DNA from: Tubiluchus corallicola
Lineage: Eukaryota > Animalia > Priapulida
Reading direction: 5' to 3'
Assembly (NCBI GenBank): GCA_030141605.1
Contig: JAQGDQ010002048.1
Span: forward strand, 1-16,702
Length of the DNA: 16,702 bases
The notes under the pieces were generated by a model. The model worked only from the letters and a program-made list of their open reading frames with translations, was not told the DNA's origin and did no database searches. Below, one piece after another: positions 1 through 10,393 of the stretch (the stretch's first letter is position 1; the number at the start of each line of letters is the position of its first letter). A program made the translations under genes and the position numbers.

Positions 1-213
1 CTGTAAGCCGCAAACACAACATTGTCTGGAGTGAAAAGCTGTTGTCAAATGGAACAGGGGAAAATTGATAGATTAATCTACAGACGGCTGCCTGATGTGA
101 TACTTTATCTGTTAAATGGCCAATTACCATGATAAACTTTGCTACACCAGCAACAGTTTCTCACAAAATTGTCCCAAAGCTTCAAAAATAAATGACTCAA
201 TACATAAAAGATA

Positions 214-857
214 AAATTGACAAAGCTGAGAATCAGCTCTCATACTGTGTGTATTGAAACAGGAAGATTCGTTAAACCTGGAAAAATCCCAGCTGAGAAT
301 CAACTCTCATACTTTGTGTATTGAAAGAGGAAGGTGCGTTAAACCTGGAAAAATCCCAGCTGAGAATCAACTCTCATACTTTGTGCATTGAAAGAGGAAG
401 ATTCGTTAAACCTGGAAAAATCCCAGCTGAGAATCAGCTCTCATACTTTGTGTATTGAAAGAGGAAGATTCGTTAAACCTGGAAAAATCCCAGCTGAGAA
501 TCAACTCTCATACTTTGTGTATTGAAACAGGAAGATTCGTTAAACCTGGAAAAATCCCAGCTGAGAATCAACTCTCATACTTTGTGTATTGAAAGAGGGA
601 GGTGCGCTAAACCTGGAAAAATCCCAGCCGGGAATCGTATATGCTCATACTGTTTAGGAAATGAAGTCGAAGACGAATTACACTTTGTTATAAAATGCTC
701 ATATTACAATGATCTTAGAGGAAAATTATCTAATCACGTCAATGTAATTAAACCAGAATTTTGATGAGAGATGCTGATGAATTTTTATTCTTGATGGAAA
801 GTAATGATTTAGAAGTAATTAAGGCATTTATTGATTACGTTGAAAAAGCATATTAAG
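214..857 (+). pseudogene. Disrupted LINE ORF2 C-terminal coding remnant (includes ORF 522-764)
   Basis: The frame is broken by 67-bp repeat units (in-frame TGA in unit 2) and by a second frameshift/stop near 762. No upstream RT domain is present in the window. Confidence 0.75.
225..626. repeat. 67-bp minisatellite, 6 copies
   Basis: GCTGAGAATCARCTCTCATAC...AAACCTGGAAAAATCCCA starts at 225, 292, 359, 426, 493 and 560. Confidence 0.97.
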
Positions 858-1365
858 ACACGATGAACAATGTACTATGTAATGACCATATAAATTGAAA
901 ATTAGGCATAATAAATGATTTTTTTAAAAGACTAAAACATTAAACGTTTCATTTAAATAACTAACAGGAAGATTTAAGAATATTTGTTTTATTAGTAATT
1001 GTTTTGTTTGTCTATAGTGTCATTATATTTTATTGTTTTAATTGTTATCTTCTTGTATTGTATGTATTTTTAATAAATATAGAATGAATATAAAAACAAA
1101 AAAAAACAAAAAAAAAACAAAACAACACACAACCACCAAAACCCCTTTCACAAAATAACAAAAGTAACACTTTAGCACTTAGTCAAGTGGGCTACAAACT
1201 ACACAAGTATTTCCGAGTTTCAACTTCATCAGTTTTAATTCAAAGTTGGATTTTTCACAAAAATACAAAATATGTTCCGTACGTACAGACACACAGACAA
1301 GCCATTTTGAGACAATTTATAAACATTAATAGCGTGTTCACAGCATCATGGTTAGCTAGAAAAGT

Positions 1366-1726
<361 letters not shown>

Positions 1727-1861
1727 CAACTAGTACTGCTAGCATAATCATGAAATCGTAATGAATATTTATAATTCGTTATATATCGAATATATCTATA
1801 TAATATATATAATATTAATTATAAATAATAATTACATCAATATTTACAGGTTAGTACTATT

Positions 1862-1907
1862 TGTATGTATGTATGTATGTATGTATGTATGTATGTATGT
1901 ATGTATG

Positions 1908-1937
<30 letters not shown>
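1862..1937. repeat. (TATG)n microsatellite
   Basis: About 19 perfect units; the same repeat resumes at 2223-2246. Confidence 0.97.
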
Positions 1938-1938
<1 letters not shown>

Positions 1939-2222
1939 CCCTGCTACCCTTCCTGTGTGATCTAACCTTTCTCCCAGTTCTTTTTTTTTGTTCACTCATC
2001 CATTCTTTTTTTATCAGGTTCACATGACAGTGGGCTTATACAAGCCTTTGCTTCTCTAGCCCACTGCAGTACAATTATTCTTTTATGATAACGATAGTGT
2101 ATGAAACATAACAATTTAATACAATAGATGTAATAATTTTGATGTCACTGTGTGCTTAATGTCATTATATTGTACTGAATGTGATAATAATAATAAATAA
2201 TAATAATAATAATAATAAAAAA
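1938..2222 (+). mobile_element. Short 3' UTR fragment of a CR1/L2-type LINE (or a SINE sharing its tail) with stem-loop and (AAT)n tail
   Basis: Perfect 9-bp stem CAGTGGGCT (2028-2036) / AGCCCACTG (2058-2066) encloses TATACAAGCCTTTGCTT. A TG-rich UTR ends in (AAT)n at 2185-2218. (TATG)n flanks both sides. Confidence 0.55.
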
Positions 2223-2293
2223 GTATGTACGTATGTATGTATGTATATATATATATATAGCAACTAGCAGTGGTATTTGAATTAAATAGTATG

Positions 2294-2335
<42 letters not shown>

Positions 2336-2338
2336 TAT

Positions 2339-2411
2339 ATGTACATAGCGTGCTTTATACTATGTATATATATATATTTAAACAGTTTATATGTATATGA
2401 TCTTGAAATGG

Positions 2412-2444
<33 letters not shown>

Positions 2445-2530
2445 TAGCGTGCTTTATACTATGTATATATATATATTTAAATAGTTTATATGTATATGAT
2501 CTTGAAATGGATATATATATATATATGTAT
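2339..2530. repeat. Tandem duplication of a ~99-bp unit embedded in (TA)n
   Basis: ATGTACATAGCGTGCTTTATACTATG...GATCTTGAAATGG occurs at 2339 and 2438, nearly identical. Confidence 0.93.
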
Positions 2531-2617
2531 ATAAATATATCCATTTAAAGATTAAGCATTTGCCATAATAACTCTCAAAGTCTGAGTCAGCTGTAACATT
2601 CAATAAAGCAAATAATC

Positions 2618-4083
2618 ATGACAATTTCTCTGCTGCTCTTTTGTTTGCCGCCATTATTGACATCAATAAGGTATTTTTTCAAGCTGAAATAATCACCTGC
2701 GAACTGGTTTAAATTGAACGATCAGACTCACTCGCGGTTATTGTTGCGATTGTCGATAGTAAATCATGCAAACAGTCGAATTTAATGTGCGCATCAAATA
2801 GACAATTTATTTAGAAAATTATTAGCAATCAGGGAGATCTTCTGTGCGAGGATTGTGTTACGTGCACTCTTTCATAACAACAATACATTTTCAGTTTTCA
2901 ATGGCTTTTTAGACATTTATGGGTTTATTCATTGTGCAAGAGTTCGTTTCTAGCAGTCTGATCGAACGATACCACTTGTACTTATAATATTACACAGATG
3001 TCTAAACCTGTAATCTTTCAGTAGAGAGGAAATTGAAGATTAACTGTGAATATAGACTCATTCGATTTTCGTTACATAACCTATGATTAGCAAATCATAA
3101 AATTTAATATCTGAACTCATAAAAAATGTCAAAATGGGAATGATTTTGATAGAAAAACAATGATGATTATTATTTTTGGCGGCAGATTTATGAAATCCAG
3201 GAACCACATAGCCACTGCAACAGTGGAAAACGGTAAATACATAATACATATATGTCTAATACATGTGTTATAGGCAAGGTAGAATATGTGTTACATTCAT
3301 CGATTTATTAGTAGAACACTTTGTGGTGTTAAAGAAAAGAACAAGTCACTCAGTATGGTGGGTTTATTTCACTGTTATCACTTAAACTGTTTGTGATGTG
3401 CTAGAGGAAAGAACAAGTCACTCAGTATGTTGGGTTTATTTTACTGTTATCACTTAAACTGTTTGTGGTGTGCTAAAGGAAAGAACAAGTCACTTAGTAT
3501 GTTGGGTTTATTTTACTGTTATTACTTAAACTGTTTGTGGTGTGCTAAAGGAAAGAACAAGTCACTCAGTATGTTGGGTTTATTTTACTGTTATCACTTA
3601 AACTGTTTGTGGTGTGCTAAAGGAAAGAACAAGTCACTCAGTATGTTGGGTTTATTTTACTGTTATCACTTAAACTGTTTGTGGTGTGCTAAAGGAAAGA
3701 ACAAGTCACTCAGTATGTTGGGTTTATTTTACTGTTATCACCTAAACTTAGAAAAATATAACAAAGAAATTTGCAAAGAACTGTCTATAAAGCATAAATT
3801 TAACATTTGCTACCTGTGAATAGAATTTGTTAAGGTGGTTGCCGCCATTCACTTGAAAATCATGACATGACAGGCTTTTCGTAAACCTGTCGTGACTTTC
3901 CTTAAGTGTGTATTGCTTAAACTAATTCAAACTTCTGCAGTTTACCTAATGTTTACGTAAAAAATATTACGAAGTTAGTTATGTAAAAACTTATTATACT
4001 TTTGGTGAAGACTGACGCTACTTTCTTCAGGACAAATGACGTCATTGGAAGAAGAATGGGCATTGAAAATGGGAGCGTCCAAA
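2618..4083 (+). CDS. Candidate spliced micro-exons 2618-2670, 3186-3232, 4031-4083 (putative small secreted protein N-terminus)
   Basis: GT/AG junctions are phase-compatible and the joined peptide is MTISLLLFCLPPLLTSIRFMKSRNHIATATVENGQMTSLEEEWALKMGASK. No homology recognised; this is a manual prediction only. Confidence 0.2.
3320..3749. repeat. 72-bp minisatellite, ~6 copies
   Basis: GAACAAGTCACT recurs at 3339, 3411, 3483, 3555, 3627 and 3699; explains ORF 3427-3819. Confidence 0.97.
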
Positions 4084-4304
4084 GTAATTTTACTAATTAC
4101 ACGAGGCACTTATTGCAGTTTAATTACTAAATCCTTCTAACATTTTTCGCGAACATTGAAATAAGCTTAACTTTCTAGAAAGCTTGACTTTTCCTTTAAC
4201 TAATTTGAAAGTATGTGAATAGTTTCATTTCAGTTTTGTTTGTAGAAAATTTTCAGGTAATGTAGGTTGTGTGAGCCAGGTTTCTTAGAAGAAGACAAGA
4301 TGAT

Positions 4305-4637
4305 TTACAAAAATTATGCAAATTTTAAGTTTAAAATTCAAATTTCAAGTTTACGCTGTGCTCACGCTTGAGTTATCGAATGTGTGTAGTTCGCCACAAA
4401 CTAACACTTCTGAACTGAGAGCTACAGCACCTGTTTTTTGTGCAATGCGTTTCCGAAATGCAGGAACTAGCGAACATCTAACTAGCAAATGATGAAATGC
4501 ATGTAACAGCGGAGAACTAGTGGCGCGAATGTGAAATTGTGTTTGTACGGTAATAATTCTTTCACGTAAGTCATTTTTGAAAAAAATAGGATGTCTCCTT
4601 TCATGGAATTATAGTTTAGGATTGGGTCCTGTTTACC
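4305..4637 (-). mobile_element. Partial inverted copy (copy A) of the Kolobok-like element
   Basis: Its reverse complement aligns to ~5061-5420, e.g. GGTAATAATTCTTTCACGTAA versus TTACGTGAAAGAATTATTACC. The terminal AGTTTAGGATTGGGTCCTGTTTACC matches the element end after a short internal deletion. Confidence 0.85.
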
Positions 4638-5060
4638 TGTATTTTACCTGTTTCGGCAAAAGTATTAAAAATGTTTGGAATTTGGACGCACCTGCTTTTG
4701 AAACTTCGCAAAACGTGTAAGCATGAATTCCACGCGGAATTAGAAGAAAGAAATGACCACTGCTGGTCATCTAAGGCCAAAATGACCGCTTGCAAGCACT
4801 TGACTAGCGAGGGGCACAGATTAAGAGCAGCTCGCGGCTGAAAAATGCAGCTTCCGACTCTCTTGTTAGACGAGGAAAGAGGGAGATAATCTCTAATGAA
4901 TGGAGCGTGGTTGGTTGGTGTGATTAAATAGCAAAAATTTGGTGGCGGGAAATTTAGAGAAAAAATTATAGAGATTACTTACCTCTGGAATTTTGTTTAA
5001 CAAGCTAATTTACGTGAACTATGTTGCCAAGTGTTACTTAGAAAGATGTTCACTTGTTAA

Positions 5061-5674
5061 AGTAAAGCTGGAGCCAATCTTAAACTGACGTCAAAAATAA
5101 TCTACTTCTTAAAATATTGAAAGGAAACATGCTGTTTTTCTTCAAAAACGATTTACGTGAAAGAATTATTACCACACAAACACGATTTCACGTTCACACC
5201 ACTAGTTCTTCGCTGTTACATGCATTTCGCTATTCGCTAGTTAGACAGGCACTAGCGCTTGCATTTCGGAAGGCATGGCACGAAAAACTGGTGCTGTACC
5301 TCTCAGTTCAGATGTGTTGAGCTCAGGTTGTGACGAACTACACACGTTCGACAGCTCATGCGTGAGCACAGTGGTAAATTTGAAATTTGAATTTTTATCT
5401 TAAAACTTGCCTAGTTTTAGTACAACACACTGAATATCTTACAGTAGGACTGTACTTCAATTTCCGCTTTCACAAACACGTGCAACACGCTCACGGAATA
5501 TTTTTGCTGTTGAAAATTGCGTTAGTTTTTGATGTCATCAATATTTGGGCTCGCCTGCCGTGAATTAAGTTTTTAATCTATTATTTAATTATCAGAAAAA
5601 CGTTTTATAATTGTCTTCAAATGTATAGTTTTGCAAACTTGAAAATAGGATAGTATATGAAAAAAAATCTTTCT
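5061..5674 (+). mobile_element. Non-autonomous Kolobok-like DNA transposon (copy B, 614 bp)
   Basis: TTAA at 5057-5060 and 5675-5678; termini AG...CT; co-linear with 13507-14126 over its whole length; no coding capacity. Confidence 0.75.
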
Positions 5675-6324
5675 TTAAAATAATTTTTAATATACGAAAG
5701 CGCCAAAGTAACACCGCATTAGATTTTGCTGATTGTTCGATGATACGTGATGATGCGTGATGATGCGTACCGTAATTTGTATCAGTCTTACTCGGCGGTA
5801 CAATACGGTACACTATTCTTTGGTTCAGGGTTCACTAACCACGTGACTAACCACCAATCGCGCAGTATAATTATTGATTTTTTGAATAAAAGATAAAGAA
5901 CGGTTCATTACGCGTGCAAGATGCAAAGAAAACAAGTCAAGATATCTACATAAAGAACTAATTATCATTGTACGTTAATAAGAGCATAATTACGCCATTT
6001 GCAATTTTACAATGGGTTGACGGTTGTTCGGATCCGTGCAAGAGAAATTAGTTTGGGTATTTGTGAGTATTTGAAATAGTAAACAAACGGGCTATGCAAT
6101 TTCGTATTTGTTATTATAATGATTCTCACGTTTCTTTGTGTAACGTGTGCAGTGTTGTTAATTATAAGTGTTTAATGAATGAGTCATTATAGTGTAAATG
6201 TTAGTTAATCAATCATTAACCAATCGACAGGTAGCAAAATAAGCAAAACTTTTTCCATCATAATTATTGTTGACTGATAGAAACTAGGTAAGAATAAATA
6301 ATAGAATGATATAAGGAGTAAATT

Positions 6325-7270
6325 AATGAATGAATGAGTGAGTGAGTGAGTGAGCGAGTGAATAAATGAGTGAGTGAATGAATTAATAAATTAATGAATG
6401 AAGAATGCATGAATAAATGACCGAATGAACGAATAAATGAATGAAAGCATGAATGAATGAAAAAAGGAATGAACGAATGAATCAATTAATCATTCAATAA
6501 ATGAATGAATGAATAAATAAATGAAAGAAGAAATGAATAAATCAAGGAATGAATGAATGAATGAATGAATGAACGAACGAATGATTGAATGAATGAATGA
6601 ATGAATGAATGAACGAATGAATGAATCAGAGAAGAAGAGAACGAATGAGTGAATGAATGAATGAATGATGAATGAATGAACGAATAAATGAATGAAAAAA
6701 ACGAATGAATGAATGAATGAATCAATCAATCATTCAATAAATGAATGAATGAATAAATAAATGAAAGAAGAAATGAATAAGTCAAGGAATGAATGAATGA
6801 ATGAATGAATGAATGAATGAATGAATGAATGAATGAATGAATGAATGAATGAATGAATGAATGAACGAACGAATGATTGAATGAATGAATGAATGAATGA
6901 ATGAACGAACGAATGAATGAATCAGAGAAGAAGAGAACGAATGAGTGAATGAATGAATGAATGAATGAACGAATAAATGAATGAAAAAAACGAATGAATG
7001 AATGAATGAATCAATCAATCATTCAATAAATGAATGAATGAATAAATAAATGAAAGAAGAAATGAATAAATCAATAAATGAATGAATGAATAAACGGATG
7101 AATAAGTGAATGAATGAGTGAATAAATGAATGAATGAATGAAATGAATGAATGAATAAATGAATAAATGAATAAATGAATCAATGAATGAAATGAATGAG
7201 TGAATAAACTAACAAACGAACGAACAAACAAACGACCGACCGAACGAACGAAAAAACGAACGAATGAATG
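6325..7270. repeat. (GAAT)n microsatellite field with a 240-290-bp higher-order repeat
   Basis: Landmark CATTCAATAAATGAATGAATGAATAAATAAATGAAAGAAGAAATG at 6491, 6731 and 7020; ATCAGAGAAGAAGAGAACG occurs twice. Confidence 0.95.
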
Positions 7271-7762
7271 GACTCTATTAAACAAGATGCTCCACACTTA
7301 AAACTTGTAAGACAGTCTTTGCACAAAAGCAAATCACAGCCATGTAACTGTACTGCTTCTGTTTGCACGCACAGCTAGGCCAACATGCACCCACCTTCAG
7401 TAAGAGCACGCACGCACGCACGCATTCATAATCATGGTTTGAAAGAGTATCTCGCTCGCTAATGTTGCGTGTTATTTTGCGGTAATGCAGTTCAAACCTG
7501 TTTTTCTAAAAACGCACCACGCTTATTTTCACTTTCCCACATTTACCTTAGCAAACAAGGCGCGTTTGGCTCAAGTTATTGTTGTCACGCAGCTGCCTAA
7601 GACGTCACAAATATACACCTTACCGTATTTCCGTCTCCTTACCAGATCTCATTACTCTATTTAAGCAAAGTTAGACTTATTTCAGACGTAAACCGGACAA
7701 TACTTTCACGGTACTGTAATAAGTCTTAATAGGCGGAAACATAACTAAGGACGCGGCCGTCC

Positions 7763-7776
7763 ATTGTCATGGTAAC
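7763..7776 (-). promoter_or_regulatory. Candidate RFX X-box (GTTACCATGACAAT on the minus strand)
   Basis: One mismatch to the GTHNYYATRRNAAC consensus, in a locally CpG-richer patch. Motif match only. Confidence 0.3.
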
Positions 7777-8110
7777 AATGTAGATTCGAATCAAGAAACT
7801 TGTACACAGATGACTAAATTATCATTCGAGTTCTTCAGGTTCATTCACGAGTTTTGTAACGCGGGTAGAAATAATTATCCAAGCATCTTGGAAAATCATG
7901 GATGGGTGGCTTTATTATGTATAACCGTAACTCATAAACGTAAGTATGGTCGATTGTTAGTTAAATTATACCAACAAACTATAATACTTAGGAGGGCAGA
8001 ACACACCTGCCGAAGAGCATTTATACGCGAACATTATGCGCTCAATAATTTCTAATTACGCGAATTCGTTAACCAAGAAATTTGAACAATATCCTTGTGG
8101 CGGAACTACA

Positions 8111-8189
8111 ATATATATATATATATATATATATTGTAGATGAATATATACATTCAGATGATGATATTCATTCACTTATATATATATCT

Positions 8190-8226
<37 letters not shown>

Positions 8227-8234
8227 TATATTAT
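8111..8234. repeat. (TA)n microsatellites
   Basis: Interrupted TA runs abutting the LINE 3' end at 8235. Confidence 0.9.
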
Positions 8235-8654
8235 AATCTTTATTTGCCATTAAAATACATTGATAATCACTGATAAAAACTTTACAGAGATGATCAATCA
8301 GTGTTAGTTAATAAAAACTTACACTGCTAAAGGCAAATGCGTCAGTGCAATCTAAACTAATGTGCAGTAATGGAAAGTAACGACGAATAAAATCAAACGT
8401 ATTTACAACTATGCACAAAAAATGAAAAAACTATGATTTAATTAATATGGCCGTGGATATATGAATTCTGAATCAGTGTGTATGTTGTCGTACTGGTGTG
8501 ATGGTATTTCATATCTGGTTAATATTAGTGATTTTAATTTTGTTTTAAATGCTGATAGGGACTTGATTTATAATGGTAGAGAATTCCAAAGTAGAATTGC
8601 TTTTTTGATTACAGCGTTGAAAAGACCCGTAGAGTAAATTTTCAAACGCCAGAC
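8235..8654 (-). mobile_element. 5'-truncated CR1/L2 (Crack-like) LINE 3' end, copy 1
   Basis: Minus-strand translation AVIKKAILLWNSLPL*IKSLSAFKTKLKSLIL carries the WNSLP...SFK.KLK ORF2 terminus motif. The UTR has hairpin CAGTGT...ACACTG (8299-8326) and ends TGGCAAATAAAGATT. Confidence 0.8.
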
Positions 8655-8747
<93 letters not shown>

Positions 8748-8748
8748 C

Positions 8749-8832
<84 letters not shown>

Positions 8833-8851
8833 CGTAGTAGTAGTAGTAGTC

Positions 8852-8913
<62 letters not shown>

Positions 8914-8938
8914 TGCAGTAATAGTAGTAGTTGCAGTG

Positions 8939-9036
<98 letters not shown>

Positions 9037-9054
9037 TGCAGTAGTAGTAGTTGC

Positions 9055-9142
<88 letters not shown>
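8655..9142. repeat. (TAG/CTA)n trinucleotide array, ~490 bp; probable expanded tail of LINE copy 2
   Basis: About 160 units with GTC and GTTGCA interruptions; begins immediately after the minus-strand TGGCAAATAAAGATTT terminus. Confidence 0.97.
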
Positions 9143-9657
9143 AAATCTTTATTTGCCATTTTAAAAACATTGACCATCATAATAAAAGACAGACAATCAG
9201 TGTTAGTTCATATAAAAACATACACTGTTCTGGGCAAATGCGTCTGGTGCAAGCTAAACTATAAGTGCAACTAGAAATTCAAAAAATAAAATATAAACTA
9301 GTTTAGTAAGGTCTAGGAAAAATGAAATTATGATTTGAGTAAGTATCATCGTGTTCGTATGTCGGATATTCAAAACGAGTCATTAAATGTTTTTTTCAAA
9401 TTTAGACTTGAATATTGATAAAGAGCTGCTGTGTTTTAGTGATGTCGGTAATGAATTCCAAACTTGTATTGCTTGCTTAGTAATGGAATTCTTTCCATAT
9501 TGATTGTTCGTTCTAATGTTTCTTAAATCTGTTATTCTTATGTTCTGTTATTCATACTGGGGTTTTCAAGAAGTGGGAGCTTATTGTTTTTGAAAGGAGA
9601 ATTAATATTGTTGATATATTTATAGAGAAACAGAAGAGTTTGATAATCTCTGTGAAC
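9143..9657 (-). mobile_element. 5'-truncated CR1/L2 (Crack-like) LINE 3' end, copy 2
   Basis: Minus-strand remnants are DYQTLLFLYKYINN... and RTNNQYGKNSITKQAIQVWNSLPTSLKHSSSLSIFKSKFEKNI*. The 3' UTR is homologous to copy 1 (hairpin 9198-9227, same terminus). Confidence 0.85.
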
Positions 9658-10172
9658 GTACGAGGTGTTGTGCGTTTTCAACCCGTTGCATGGATCTGCC
9701 CCGAGGCAATTGTATTATTCACGAAGCACAGGAAGGCATAAGAACCATCAAGGATGATTTAATAAATAATTATTTTATGCACAGTAATTCGAACATTAAA
9801 AACTGGGTCATTGGATTGCCTGAATTCATTTATGTTGCTTCAGAAATAACGAATTGTTATAACCGAGGATACAAGTCAAGGTGTTTGAAGACACATGTAA
9901 ATTTAAAGCACAAAAAACTTTAAACTAAAGCTTAAAAAATTTCATGATGTCTTCTTGCATATAGGGCTTGCGTCGACAGTAATGTGGTATAAAACATGTA
10001 AAGTTAAAATCCCGCGATGACCATTAGACTCAGCTATTTTGACGATGTCACTTGAAACAAGTTCAGATAACATTGAGTAAAGTTTGACAAATAATCACAC
10101 ACGTCACAAACTAAGTAAAATTTTAAATTACTGTGTGTTCTCAATAAGATTAAAAATGCGTTTTTGGTTAGT

Positions 10173-10192
10173 TAAGTAAGTAAGTAAGTAAA

Positions 10193-10284
<92 letters not shown>

Positions 10285-10301
10285 CAAGCAAGCAAGCAAG
10301 G

Positions 10302-10340
<39 letters not shown>

Positions 10341-10393
10341 TAAGTAAGTACGTAAGTAAGCAAGCAAGTAAGAAAGTAAGTAAATAAGTAAGC
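10173..10393. repeat. Compound (TAAG)n-(CAAG)n-(TAAG)n microsatellite
   Basis: Directly visible. Confidence 0.97.

Larger units (their letters stand above)
214..1130 (+). mobile_element. 5'-truncated non-LTR retrotransposon (LINE) 3' end: ORF2 C-terminal Cys/His domain, 3' UTR and A-rich tail (RTEX/L2/CR1-type, clade not resolved)
   Basis: Collapsing the tandem repeat gives KLTKLRISSHTxCIETGRFVKPGKIPAxNRICSYCLGNEVEDELHFVIKCSYYNDLR, the LRISSH..IETGR..R.C..C...VEDE.HF...C..Y..LR motif of LINE ORF2 C-termini. After a frameshift it continues DEFLFLMESNDLEVIKAFIDYVEKAY* (to ~857). AATAAA at 1072-1077 precedes an A-rich tail at ~1092-1130. Confidence 0.8.

Noticed and set aside
2719-2964. 10-bp inverted repeat CGATCAGACT / AGTCTGATCG as MITE ends
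   Set aside because: Does not extend and has no target-site duplication; compatible with chance.
5117-5320. 67-aa ORF inside the Kolobok-like element
   Set aside because: TTG start, no transposase motifs, and copy C has indels in the equivalent region.
6264-7368. FIHS-repeat ORFs
   Set aside because: Translations of (ATTC)n, open in several overlapping frames.
8545-9274. Mucin-like poly-Thr (or poly-Leu/poly-Val) protein
   Set aside because: The array lies directly after a LINE polyadenylation-like terminus, is nearly pure ACT, shifts frame near 8746, and has LINE remnants on both sides.
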